Positions 1-13,919 of a DNA stretch of 29,887 nt are shown here, piece after piece (positions within the stretch are counted from its first letter, which is position 1; each line of letters begins with the position of its first letter). This DNA comes from Burkholderiales bacterium (GTDB lineage: Bacteria; Pseudomonadota; Gammaproteobacteria; Burkholderiales; Ga0077523). The notes below the pieces were generated by a model that saw nothing but the letters and a program-made list of their open reading frames with translations, had not been told where the DNA came from and searched no databases. The stretch is from the NCBI GenBank assembly GCA_025459035.1, contig JALORJ010000006.1, forward strand, positions 1 through 29,887. The letters are read 5' to 3'. Made by a program: the position numbers and the translations under genes.

Positions 1-1
1 G

Positions 2-547
2 CGCCTGACGGAAGCGTTCGAGAGTTTCGGCCACCGGCCACAGTTCTTCATGGAGGCGCTTGGTCACGCGTTGAGCCCCCTGGTCGACCTGAAGGGCGCG
101 CGGTTCGAGGACGCAGTGCTGGATGCCGCGCGCCGGCGACAGCAGGAGGACGAGACGCAGATGGACTCCGACTACCTCGCGCTGCGACCGCTGGAGCAGG
201 CCGTGCTCTGGCGCCTGCTGGAGCAGGGGCCGAGGTTCCGTCCGTACGACGGCGAGGCACTCGCCTTCTATCGCGACAAGGTCGCGGATCGCGTGACGCC
301 CCAGCAGGCGCAGCGAGCCCTCGAAGCGTTGCGTGCCCGCAACCCGGCCCTCGTCTGGAAGTCGGCGCGCGGCGAGTACGCCGTCGAGGACGCCGCGATG
401 CACCGGTGGTTCGAGCAGCGGGTGGAGGCGGGGCACTGGCCGCCGGTCGATCCGCAGCCGGGATCGGAAGCGGTTGAAGAAGCGCACCGCGGCACGTCCG
501 CATCGGGTGGTCGACCCACGAGACGCAGGCGAAGGACGGCGACCTGA
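2..547 (+). CDS. C-terminal part of a putative ATPase with a C-terminal winged-helix domain (5'-truncated by window edge)
   Basis: Frame is open from base 2 (RLTEAFESFGHRPQFFMEALG...). C-terminal pattern AQRALEALRARNPALVWKSARGEYAVEDAAMHRWF resembles the wHTH tail of archaeal-type/AAA ATPases. The ATPase motifs themselves are outside the window. Confidence 0.5.
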   Translation, partial: RLTEAFESFGHRPQFFMEALGHALSPLVDLKGARFEDAVLDAARRRQQEDETQMDSDYLALRPLEQAVLWRLLEQGPRFRPYDGEALAFYRDKVADRVTPQQAQRALEALRARNPALVWKSARGEYAVEDAAMHRWFEQRVEAGHWPPVDPQPGSEAVEEAHRGTSASGGRPTRRRRRTAT

Positions 548-580
548 GGCTGGCCGCCACCAGCGGTAGCGAGCCACATG

Positions 581-622
581 AAAAAACACGGCTCTGGACG
601 GTCGCCGCCGTCCAGGGCCGTG
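581..622 (-). terminator. Rho-independent terminator (minus strand)
   Basis: 15-bp stem CACGGCTCTGGACGG (587-601) / CCGTCCAGGGCCGTG (608-622) with one imperfect pair. A6 at 581-586 gives a U6 tract on the minus strand, downstream of the antitoxin/toxin genes. Confidence 0.8.
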
Positions 623-699
623 CCTGCTGCGTTGGTCAGTCCTGGTCACCGGCCTCGGGGCGGCCCTTCGGATCCCCGTGCTCGAGCGGGGGGCCTTCT

Positions 700-853
700 C
701 TAGATCGCCCCCGCTTCGGTAGACACATGCGAGCCTACGACCGTGCAGACGGCGAGGAGGTCACGCTTGTCCCCGGAGACGATCAGGTCCGCCCGAGCCG
801 CGACTGCTGACGCGAGCACGTGGTCGTCGGTTGGTATCGAGGACGAGCCGCAC
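700..853 (-). pseudogene. PIN-domain toxin (VapC-like) remnant with internal deletion and frameshift
   Basis: GTG at 853 gives VRLVLDTN, a PIN N-terminal motif. After one extra base, the frame from 828 reads DDHVLASAVAARADLIVSGDKRDLLAV... to TAG at 700, a PIN C-terminal motif. The middle of the domain is absent. Confidence 0.8.
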
Positions 854-865
854 GCGGCCGCTCGA

Positions 866-1108
866 TCAAGCGCCTCTCTGCGCCCGCCGCTCAGCCCGTG
901 CCGCCTGGATCTCCTCCTCCACCTCTTCTTCGGTCAGCGGCGGAAGGTTCAGGGCGTCGATCTTCGCGAGCGCTTCGCCCGGTCGCCCACCGGCTTCCGC
1001 GCGTTCTTCACACGCAGCAAGGAAATCGACGAAGTCGACCACCTCCGCCACCCGCTCCGCGGACAGGTGGCGAAGTCGTTCGAGAATCCGCGCTTCGAGT
1101 GCGGTCAT
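866..1108 (-). CDS. Putative antitoxin (DUF2281-like), 80 aa
   Basis: MTALEARILERLRHLSAERVAEVVDFVDFL...LPPLTEEEVEEEIQAARAERR, with a GGAG RBS upstream, directly upstream of the PIN remnant. Confidence 0.7.
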   Translation of the reverse strand: MTALEARILERLRHLSAERVAEVVDFVDFLAACEERAEAGGRPGEALAKIDALNLPPLTEEEVEEEIQAARAERRAQRGA

Positions 1109-1182
1109 GGCGGTCTCCGGGTCGGCAGCGGGATGTTCGCTCCGTCGGGCAACGATGGGAACGTCCCGCTCGGCCGATCGAT

Positions 1183-6948
<5,766 letters not shown>

Positions 6949-7137
6949 GGGCGGGGCGGGCGCTCGGAAAAAGCGAAGCGCCACGCGAGACGGGCGTGGC
7001 GCGGACGACAGGGTGGGGGGACGAGCTTCGACGCGATCGCGAATCGAGTCCAGCATCGCGAACGCGCCGCCTCATCGACCGTCGAAGCGCCGTCGCGTTC
7101 GCTTCTCCATCCCTTCCTCACGAGCCTTGCCACCGCC

Positions 7138-7620
7138 ATGACCGACACCGTCCACAGCTTCTCGATCACGACCCTCGACGGTCGCCCGCTGGCCTTCGCC
7201 GATCACGCCGGCAAGGTGCTGCTGCTGGTCAACACCGCGAGCCGCTGCGGCTACACGCCGCAGTACAAGGGCCTCGAGGCGCTGTGGCAGGCCCTCGGCC
7301 CGAAGGGCCTCGTCGTCGTGGGCTTTCCGTGCAACCAGTTCGGCGCGCAGGAGCCCGGCAGCGCGACCGAGATCGCGAGCTTCTGCGAGAAGAACTACGG
7401 CGTGAGCTTCCCGCTGACCGAGAAGATCGACGTCAACGGCCCGGCGGCGCACCCGCTGTGGAAGCACCTGATCGACACCGCGCCCGGCCCCGAGCAGGGC
7501 AAGCCGATCGGCTGGAACTTCGCCAAGTTTCTCGTCGGCAAGGACGGCCGGGTCGTCGAGCGGTTCGGGTCGGGCGCGACGCCCGAGAGCCTGGCGCCGA
7601 AGATCGAGGCGCTGCTGTGA
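7138..7620 (+). CDS. Glutathione peroxidase family protein (Cys type)
   Basis: Motifs NTASRCGYTPQY, GFPCNQFGAQEPG and WNFAKFLV. Confidence 0.95.
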   Translation: MTDTVHSFSITTLDGRPLAFADHAGKVLLLVNTASRCGYTPQYKGLEALWQALGPKGLVVVGFPCNQFGAQEPGSATEIASFCEKNYGVSFPLTEKIDVNGPAAHPLWKHLIDTAPGPEQGKPIGWNFAKFLVGKDGRVVERFGSGATPESLAPKIEALL

Positions 7621-7952
7621 TCGTCCGCTTCGACAGCAAGGTCGGCACGTTCGTGATGTTCGGTGATGTCGCCGTGCGGCTGCTGAAGCTGATGGGGCAC
7701 AGCGGCACGGTGCCGAGTGCGCTGCTGGCGGCCGACGTGGCGGCGGCGCTCGCGAAACTGCGCGCCGGGCTCGCGTCGCCGGCGGCGCTGGCCGAGATGC
7801 AGGCGGCCGACGCCGCGTCGCCCGACGACGGCCGCGGGCGCGAACCGGCGGTGCCGCTCGCACGGCGGGCCTGGCCGCTGGTCGACCTGCTCGAGCGCGC
7901 CGCGAAGAAGCGCTGCGACGTCGGCTGGGACGTCGAGAACTCGCCGGTCTGA
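7617..7952 (+). CDS. DUF1840 family protein
   Basis: GTG overlaps the peroxidase stop (GTGA). The sequence MFGDVAVRLLKLMGHSGTVPSAL...RRAWPLVDLLERA matches my recollection of DUF1840. Confidence 0.75.
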   Translation: MIVRFDSKVGTFVMFGDVAVRLLKLMGHSGTVPSALLAADVAAALAKLRAGLASPAALAEMQAADAASPDDGRGREPAVPLARRAWPLVDLLERAAKKRCDVGWDVENSPV

Positions 7953-7973
7953 CGCGTCGGGGCGCCGCAACGA

Positions 7974-7999
7974 CACGGCCGACCCGAGTGTCGGCCGTG
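7974..7999. terminator. Hairpin between convergent genes (probable bidirectional terminator)
   Basis: 10-bp perfect stem CACGGCCGAC/GTCGGCCGTG with a 6-nt loop; no U tract. Confidence 0.5.
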
Positions 8000-8019
8000 C
8001 GCGCCCTGTGCGCGGTCGC

Positions 8020-8214
8020 TCAGCCGGGTTTCGCGTCCGACCAGAGCTTTCCCGCCGTCGCCCAGTCGTGCTTCTCGACGTCCTCGAAGATCACGTCGAC
8101 CGAGTCGGGCGTGCTGCCGAGATCGGCCACTGCGGCGCGGGTGATCGATTCGGCGAAGGCGCGCTTCTGCTCGACCGTGCGGCCGGCGAACAAGGTGACG
8201 CGGATGGTCGGCAT
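8020..8214 (-). CDS. 4-oxalocrotonate tautomerase family protein, 64 aa
   Basis: Pro after Met (catalytic Pro1), GRTVEQKR motif, VDVIFEDV...W..AG. Confidence 0.92.
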   Translation of the reverse strand: MPTIRVTLFAGRTVEQKRAFAESITRAAVADLGSTPDSVDVIFEDVEKHDWATAGKLWSDAKPG

Positions 8215-8222
8215 CGCGTGTC

Positions 8223-8822
8223 TCAGAAGGTGTAGTTCACGGACAGCGTGAGCAGGTTGACCGGCTTGAAGCCGTCCGAGTCGGTCTGGAAGCGTTCGTA
8301 CTCGGCGCGGAACTTGAGTCCGAGCAGGCCGGCCTGCACCCCGATGCCGCCCGCGGGCGACCACTCGTTCGCGTCCTGCCGCACGACGACGCCCGAAAAC
8401 GCTCCCGAGCCGGTCGCGTCGACCTTGCCGTCCCAGCGCACGAGACCGAGCTTGCCGATGAACTCGACAGGCGTGAGCGGGATACCCAGCGTGAGCGTGC
8501 CGAACCCGCCGAAGGCCGTCATCTTGATGGACGAACTCGCCACGGTCCCGGCGCCGCCGCCGGCGTCCACCTTGCCGAAGTCGTAGTAGCCGCCTTCGAC
8601 CCCGAACAGGATCGGCGACTTCCAGCCGCCGTAGAGCTTCCACGCGTTGCCGTTGCCTTCGGCGGAGTACGCCGCAGCGCCGCCTTGCGCGACGACGTTC
8701 TCGACTTCGAGCCGCGAGCGGCCGAAGCCGCCGCCGACATAGAACCCGTCCGCGAACGCAGGGACGGACGAGCACAACGCGGCGGCGAGCGCGGCGCGCA
8801 TCAGAGGGCTTTTCAAGGACAT
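8223..8822 (-). CDS. Outer-membrane beta-barrel protein (OmpA-like transmembrane domain), 199 aa
   Basis: Signal peptide ending AFA, FYVGGGFG, WKLYGGW, GVEGGYYDFG, RAEYERF, and a C-terminal Phe (VNYTF). Confidence 0.85.
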   Translation of the reverse strand: MSLKSPLMRAALAAALCSSVPAFADGFYVGGGFGRSRLEVENVVAQGGAAAYSAEGNGNAWKLYGGWKSPILFGVEGGYYDFGKVDAGGGAGTVASSSIKMTAFGGFGTLTLGIPLTPVEFIGKLGLVRWDGKVDATGSGAFSGVVVRQDANEWSPAGGIGVQAGLLGLKFRAEYERFQTDSDGFKPVNLLTLSVNYTF

Positions 8823-8962
8823 GGCAAGGCTCCGCGCGAGAGGGGGGAATCGGACGTGCCGTCGTCGAAAGACGACGTGCACCAAGGATGCCCGAGCCTC
8901 GCGGTGGCAGATAGCGCCGACGGCGCGGTCCGCGGTGCAGGCTGCGGCCGGCGCTGCCGGCA

Positions 8963-9769
8963 TCACACCCCGCGCGACAGCTCCGTGCCGAGGTCGGGCG
9001 GACCCGCGCGCGGGGCGACCGCGGGCTTGCGGTCGCGGGCGCGCCGCAGCTCGTGGAAATCGTCGAGCTCCCACGGCCGCATCGCCAGCAGCAGCGTGAC
9101 CGACCGACGCTCGCCCAGCGGCAGGCGCTTCTGGTCCTCGTGGATCTCCGCGAACTCGTTGGCCAGGCGCCGCAGCTTCGACTGCACCAGCGACGCCGCA
9201 CCGTCGGTCAGCATGCCGTTGACCAGCAGCATCGCCTCGTTCTGGCCGCCGAACTGCGTGCGGAAGTACTCGTTCTGCGCCTTGGCCTTGAAGTACTGCT
9301 GGATCGGCCCGTTGGCGATCCATTCGAAGGTGTGGGTGACCTTGAGCCGGATGCGGTTGTCGGGCAGCAGCTCGAGGAAGCGGATGCGCTCGAGCTGCAG
9401 CAGCAGGCGCACGCAGTCGGCCTTGGTGAGGTCGTAGATGGCGACGATCTCGTCGATGCGCAGATGGTTGAGCGCGCAGACGGCGACCAGCAGCAGGCGC
9501 ACGTCCTTCATGATCGCCAGCTCCTGCTCCATCGACAGCTGCGACACGGCGTCGAGCGTGCGGTCGGACTCCTTCGCCAGCTCGGTCATCGACACCCCGG
9601 CCAGCGCGCAGACCTCCTCGAAGCGCTCGAGGGTGAATCCGCCCTTGCTGAAGAGGCGCTTCACGCTCGCCTCGGACAGATCGAGCTTCATCGCCACGTC
9701 GCGGTAGCCCAGACGCCGCGCCTTCAGCGCGCGCTTGAGGCCTTCCACCATCGAAGCCGTCGCCGACAT
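8963..9769 (-). CDS. Cro/C1 (XRE)-type HTH transcriptional regulator with a large C-terminal domain, 268 aa
   Basis: N-terminal LKRALKARRLGYRDVAMKLDLSEASVKRLFS...TLERFEEVC HTH pattern. Confidence 0.8.
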   Translation of the reverse strand: MSATASMVEGLKRALKARRLGYRDVAMKLDLSEASVKRLFSKGGFTLERFEEVCALAGVSMTELAKESDRTLDAVSQLSMEQELAIMKDVRLLLVAVCALNHLRIDEIVAIYDLTKADCVRLLLQLERIRFLELLPDNRIRLKVTHTFEWIANGPIQQYFKAKAQNEYFRTQFGGQNEAMLLVNGMLTDGAASLVQSKLRRLANEFAEIHEDQKRLPLGERRSVTLLLAMRPWELDDFHELRRARDRKPAVAPRAGPPDLGTELSRGV

Positions 9770-9804
9770 CCGCAACCCCCCCGAGTCACCGAGTGCGGTT
9801 CGAA

Positions 9805-9823
9805 GGTAGCGCAGTCCGCTACC
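9805..9823. promoter_or_regulatory. Palindromic candidate operator GGTAGCG-N5-CGCTACC
   Basis: Perfect 7-bp inverted repeat 36 bp upstream of the HTH gene start, in the divergent intergenic region. Confidence 0.5.
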
Positions 9824-9924
9824 GCGCAGCACGTCGGCATGCACATCGGCCGACACCGGCGGCCCCGACGGGCCGCGCCGGGACGATCGGGCCATCGCAT
9901 CCCCGACGCGCCCGGAGGCCCCCG

Positions 9925-10134
9925 ATGTCGACCACGACCCTCGAAGCGGCCTATCGCGCCGCGCTGGCCGCCCGCAACCAGGCCCGCGATGCCCTGCGCG
10001 ACGAGGCGGCGCTGCTGCTGGGCCGGCTCGCGCTGCGCGGCGAACTCGACCGCCGCAACCGTGCCGCCGCCATCGCGGCCGAGCGCGAGGCGGCCGTGGC
10101 TCGGGCGGCGAGCGCCGCGCGCCGCGCCGCCTGA
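9925..10134 (+). CDS. Small Ala/Arg-rich hypothetical protein, 69 aa
   Basis: GGAGG RBS before the ATG, GC-rich codon usage, divergent from the HTH regulator; no recognised family. Confidence 0.6.
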   Translation: MSTTTLEAAYRAALAARNQARDALRDEAALLLGRLALRGELDRRNRAAAIAAEREAAVARAASAARRAA

Positions 10135-10292
10135 GAACCTGTGAAGCCATCCCCACACCCGCTCGAACGCGCCTGACGGCGCCGCTCGGCGTTGCGAATG
10201 CTCACCGTGGAGCCCGCCACGGCTGCGCTTCGCGCCTTGATCGACACCGCCAGTCGCGCTCGCTCGGGCGCGGCGAACGGCTTCACAGGTTC
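10135..10292. mobile_element. MITE-like non-autonomous element, 158 bp
   Basis: Perfect 14-bp terminal inverted repeats GAACCTGTGAAGCC (10135-10148) / GGCTTCACAGGTTC (10279-10292). Flanks are TGA and CGA. Internal hairpin CCGTGG-N6-CCACGG; no transposase. Confidence 0.7.
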
Positions 10293-10305
10293 CGAGGCGC
10301 CAGCG

Positions 10306-10713
10306 CTACGGAGCGCGCGCCGCGAGGGCGGCGCGGATGTCCTCGATGCGCCGGCGGTTGACCCCGAAGTCGCTCGTCCCCAGCCGCGAGGCCGAGCGCA
10401 CGTGCACGACGCCCGGCTCCGGCGCCAGCACGAACTCGACGTCGTCGACGTAGCCCATCAGCGCCGAGGTGAATTCGGCGTACAGGTAGTCGTGGGTCTG
10501 CGTGACGATCAGCGTGCGCGGCATCGCGCGCACGATCGTCGCCAGCTCGGCGATCACCTGCTCGCGCGGCAACCGGGTGCGCAGCGGCTCGACGAACCCG
10601 GCCGATCCCGCCGGGGCCTGGCTGCCCACTGCATTCGGCGACGCCGGCAGCGCCTTCAGCCGCCCGTCGCGCACCCCCAGGTCGGCCGGCCGGCGGCCCG
10701 TGAACCATCCCAT
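10306..10713 (-). CDS. DUF1499 family protein
   Basis: LPASPNAVGSQ, YLYAEFTSALMGYVDDVEF and VHVRSASRLGTSDFGVNRRRIEDIR. Confidence 0.88.
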   Translation of the reverse strand: MGWFTGRRPADLGVRDGRLKALPASPNAVGSQAPAGSAGFVEPLRTRLPREQVIAELATIVRAMPRTLIVTQTHDYLYAEFTSALMGYVDDVEFVLAPEPGVVHVRSASRLGTSDFGVNRRRIEDIRAALAARAP

Positions 10714-10847
10714 CGCGCGTTCTCCCGTCGGTCGAAGGCCCGAGCATGCCTGCGCAGCGCGCGGCGTTCAGCCGGCCGACAGGCGGTCCGTTGGTATGTT
10801 CGACGGATTGCGCGCCCGCCGCGCACGGCTTCAAGGACCGTTGCCTC

Positions 10848-11450
10848 GTGCCTCCCGTCACTCAGGCCCTGCTGGGCATCAACATCATCTGCTACGCGAT
10901 CTCGCAGATGCTCGGCTACGGCATCACCGTCGAGTTCGGCCTGTGGCCCCTCGACTCGCCGGCGTACGGCGACGCATCGCCGTTCCGCTTCTGGCAGCTG
11001 ATCACCTACGGCTTCCTGCACGGCAGCCTCGCGCATCTGCTGTTCAACATGCTCGGCCTGTACATGCTGGGCGCACAGGTGGAGCAGGTCTTCGGCAGCC
11101 AGCGCTACCTGCAGTACTACCTGACGTCGGTCTTCTCGGCGGCGGTCGCGCAGCTGCTGGTCACGCAGATGCTGGGGGGCGACCCCGTGCCCACCGTCGG
11201 CGCCTCGGGCGGGGTCTTCGGCCTGCTGCTCGCCTACGGCATGCTGTTTCCCAACCGCACGCTGATGCTGCTGATCCCGCCGATCCCGATGAAGGCCCGC
11301 ACGTTCGTGCTGGGCTACGGCGCGATCGAACTGGTGCTGGGGCTCATGCAGCCGACCGGCGGGGTTGCGCACTTCGCGCATCTGGGCGGTGCGGCCGGCG
11401 GCTTCCTGCTGCTGCAGTACTGGCGCGGCCGCTGGCCGTTCGCGCGCTGA
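10848..11450 (+). CDS. Rhomboid family intramembrane serine protease
   Basis: WQLITYGFLH, HLLFNM, VGASGG (catalytic Ser), AHFAHLGG (catalytic His). Start placed at GTG 10848. Confidence 0.93.
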   Translation: MPPVTQALLGINIICYAISQMLGYGITVEFGLWPLDSPAYGDASPFRFWQLITYGFLHGSLAHLLFNMLGLYMLGAQVEQVFGSQRYLQYYLTSVFSAAVAQLLVTQMLGGDPVPTVGASGGVFGLLLAYGMLFPNRTLMLLIPPIPMKARTFVLGYGAIELVLGLMQPTGGVAHFAHLGGAAGGFLLLQYWRGRWPFAR

Positions 11451-11457
11451 CCCCGCA

Positions 11458-11489
11458 CGGGCTCGCGCCTGCGCTGCGGCGCGAGCCCG
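11458..11489. terminator. Hairpin between convergent genes (probable bidirectional terminator)
   Basis: 12-bp perfect stem CGGGCTCGCGCC/GGCGCGAGCCCG; no U tract. Confidence 0.55.
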
Positions 11490-11507
11490 CGCCGGCCGCG
11501 CCGACCG

Positions 11508-12995
11508 TCAGCGCCCCATGCGGATGAAGCGCGTGTCGGGGCCGAGCCGCTGCCACGGAAACTCCGCCGGATCGGCCAGCATCGGACCCGGTGCCTTGCA
11601 GACCAGGATCTCCTCGGCGATCGGGGCGAAGTCGGCGCGGAAGTGCACCGAGCTCTTGTTGACGAGGATCGCCTCGGCGGTCGGCTCGATGCCGATGAAG
11701 CGGTACATCTCCTGATCGGCGAGCTGCGGCTTCTCGCAGCTGACGATCACGCGCACGCCGCCGATGCGCAGGCACGCGCACGGGCCCAGCTGCATGCGCG
11801 CGCCGCGATAGAACGGCCCGGTCCCGACCAGTCGCCCGTCGGACAGGCGCTCGACCACCCACGGCGCTTCCAGCGGGGCGTCGCCTGGCACCTTCGACTT
11901 GCCGCCGAGCGGCAGCGTGAGCGTGGCACCGACGCCGGCCGCGTGCGCGGCACGCGCGACCTCGGGGTCGGCCATCAGCCCCAGCGACGCGCGCGGCGCT
12001 CGGGCGTCGAGCAGCGCGCGCAGCATGCCGGTGGTGTTCGAGTCGCCGCCGGCGCCCGGGTTGTCCTGCGCGTCGGCGATCACGGTCGGTCGGGTCGCGC
12101 CGGCCGCGGCGGTGCGCAGCGCGCGCTGCACCCCGGCTTCGGGGCTCAGCACTTCGAGCACGAAGTCACGCTCGATGGCGGCGACGTCGTGCGCGAGCTG
12201 CCGCGCGGCGCGCTCGGCCGCGTCGCGGGTGTCGGCCACGGCGATCGCGACCGGGCCGCACTCGGGAAAGTCCGCGGCCGGAAAGCCGGGCGTGAACGAC
12301 ACCGACCACACGCCGCTACCTTCGCGCGCGGGCAGGCTCGCGTACAGCGACGCGAGCGGTTCGAGCATCGTGCACTGGCTCACGAGCGGGATCAGGAACG
12401 GGATGCGCACGTGCGCCATCGCGGGTCGTGGCGCGCCGTCGCGCAGCATCCGCTCGAGCAGCGCCGCGGCGGCGGCGCCGGTGTCGGCCATGTCGACGTG
12501 CGGGTAGGTGCGGTACGCGACGAAGGCGTCGGCGTTGGCGATCATCCGCGCCGTGACGTTGGCGTGCAGATCCAGGCTCGCGACGATCGGCACCCGCGGC
12601 CCGGTCACGGCGCGGATGCGCGCGAGCAGCTCGCCCTCGCCGTCGTCGAGGTGCTCGGTGACCATCGCGCCGTGCAGGTCGAGGTAGACGGCATCGGGGC
12701 GCGCGGCGGCGATGTCGCCGACGATCATCGCGGCGATGCGCTCGTACGCGTCGCGCGTCACGTGCGCCGACGGGCTCGCCGCGGCCCAGGCGGTCGGCAC
12801 CAGCTGGTCACGCCGCGCCCGCATCGCGTCGACGAAGCCCGTGATCGGCAGATTGATGCCGGCCACGCCGTCGAACAGGTCGGCCCCGCGCTGCAGCGGC
12901 GGCCAGCCACCGCCGCGCGCGAAGTCGTCCCAGGTCGCGGGGCTCGGCGCGAACGTGTTGGTCTCGTGCTGGAAGCCGCCGATGCAGATCTTCAT
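11508..12995 (-). CDS. M81 family metallopeptidase (MlrC-like), 495 aa
   Basis: GGFQHETNTF, YLDLHGAM, DLHAN, YRTYPHVD, DAQDNPGAGG and NKSSVHFRADF. Confidence 0.93.
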   Translation of the reverse strand: MKICIGGFQHETNTFAPSPATWDDFARGGGWPPLQRGADLFDGVAGINLPITGFVDAMRARRDQLVPTAWAAASPSAHVTRDAYERIAAMIVGDIAAARPDAVYLDLHGAMVTEHLDDGEGELLARIRAVTGPRVPIVASLDLHANVTARMIANADAFVAYRTYPHVDMADTGAAAAALLERMLRDGAPRPAMAHVRIPFLIPLVSQCTMLEPLASLYASLPAREGSGVWSVSFTPGFPAADFPECGPVAIAVADTRDAAERAARQLAHDVAAIERDFVLEVLSPEAGVQRALRTAAAGATRPTVIADAQDNPGAGGDSNTTGMLRALLDARAPRASLGLMADPEVARAAHAAGVGATLTLPLGGKSKVPGDAPLEAPWVVERLSDGRLVGTGPFYRGARMQLGPCACLRIGGVRVIVSCEKPQLADQEMYRFIGIEPTAEAILVNKSSVHFRADFAPIAEEILVCKAPGPMLADPAEFPWQRLGPDTRFIRMGR

Positions 12996-13136
12996 GTGGG
13001 CCGGTTCGTCGAGTGGGCAGGGGAGCGTGTCATTGTCCCGACCGGCGCCGCGCCGCGCAAAGGCCCGTCGCGACCGGGTCGCACCGGCAAGGCGCTGCGC
13101 TACCCTCGATCGCTTTCCAGCTGCGGGAACTTGTCC

Positions 13137-13919
13137 ATGCTGAAAGGCAGGAACGCCATCGTCACCGGATCGACCAGCGGCATCGGCGCGGGCATCGCCA
13201 CCGCGCTCGCGAAGGAGGGCGTGAACGTCGTGCTGAACGGCTTCGGTGACGCGGCCGAGATCGAGGCCCTGCGGGCCGGGCTGGCGGCGGCGCACGGCGT
13301 GCAGGTGCGCTTCGACGGCGCCGACATGACCGACCCGGCGGCGATCGAGCGCATGGTCCGCGACACCGAGGCGGCGTTCGGCAGCGTCGACGTGCTCGTC
13401 AACAACGCCGGCATCCAGCACGTCGCGCCGGTCGACGCCTTCCCGCTGGCGCAGTGGGACCGGATCATCGCGATCAACCTGAACTCGAACTTCCACACGA
13501 TCCGCGCGGCGCTGCCGGGCATGAAGGCGCGCGGCTTCGGGCGCATCGTCAACATCGCCTCGGCCCACGGGCTGGTCGCGTCCCCCTTCAAGTCGGCCTA
13601 CGTCGCGGCCAAGCACGGCGTGGTCGGGCTCACGAAGGCCGTGGCGCTCGAGGTCGCACGCCAGTCGATCACCTGCAACGCGGTGTGTCCCGGCTACGTG
13701 CTGACACCGCTGGTGGAGAAGCAGATCGACGACCAGGCGAAGGTGCACGGCATCGATCGCGACGCCGTGGTCGAACGCGTGATCCTCGAGAAGCAGCCGT
13801 CGAAGCGTTTCGTCGGCATCGACGAGGTCGCCGCGCTGACGTTGTTCCTGTGCGGTGACGCGGCGGCTGGCATCACCGGCGCCGCGTACTCGATCGACGG
13901 TGGCTGGTGCGCGCAGTGA
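13137..13919 (+). CDS. bdhA: D-3-hydroxybutyrate dehydrogenase (SDR)
   Basis: TGSTSGIG, NNAGIQHVAP, IASAHGLVASPFKSAYVAAKHG and CPGYVLTPLVEKQI. Confidence 0.93.
   Translation: MLKGRNAIVTGSTSGIGAGIATALAKEGVNVVLNGFGDAAEIEALRAGLAAAHGVQVRFDGADMTDPAAIERMVRDTEAAFGSVDVLVNNAGIQHVAPVDAFPLAQWDRIIAINLNSNFHTIRAALPGMKARGFGRIVNIASAHGLVASPFKSAYVAAKHGVVGLTKAVALEVARQSITCNAVCPGYVLTPLVEKQIDDQAKVHGIDRDAVVERVILEKQPSKRFVGIDEVAALTLFLCGDAAAGITGAAYSIDGGWCAQ

Noticed and set aside
685-715. GC hairpin over the PIN remnant stop codon
   Set aside because: Imperfect stem, no U tract, and a stronger terminator lies just downstream.
7138-7620. Selenocysteine glutathione peroxidase
   Set aside because: The active-site codon is TGC (Cys) and there is no in-frame TGA.
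8878-8893. Possible sigma-54 promoter (GGGCAT-N5-GTGCA, minus strand) before the outer-membrane barrel gene
   Set aside because: GG/GC spacing is correct, but there are several consensus mismatches and such matches are common in GC-rich DNA.
10131-10150. CTGAGAACCTG resembling a TPP riboswitch core
   Set aside because: It lies at a gene 3' end, lacks the other TPP elements, and is explained as the left end of the MITE.
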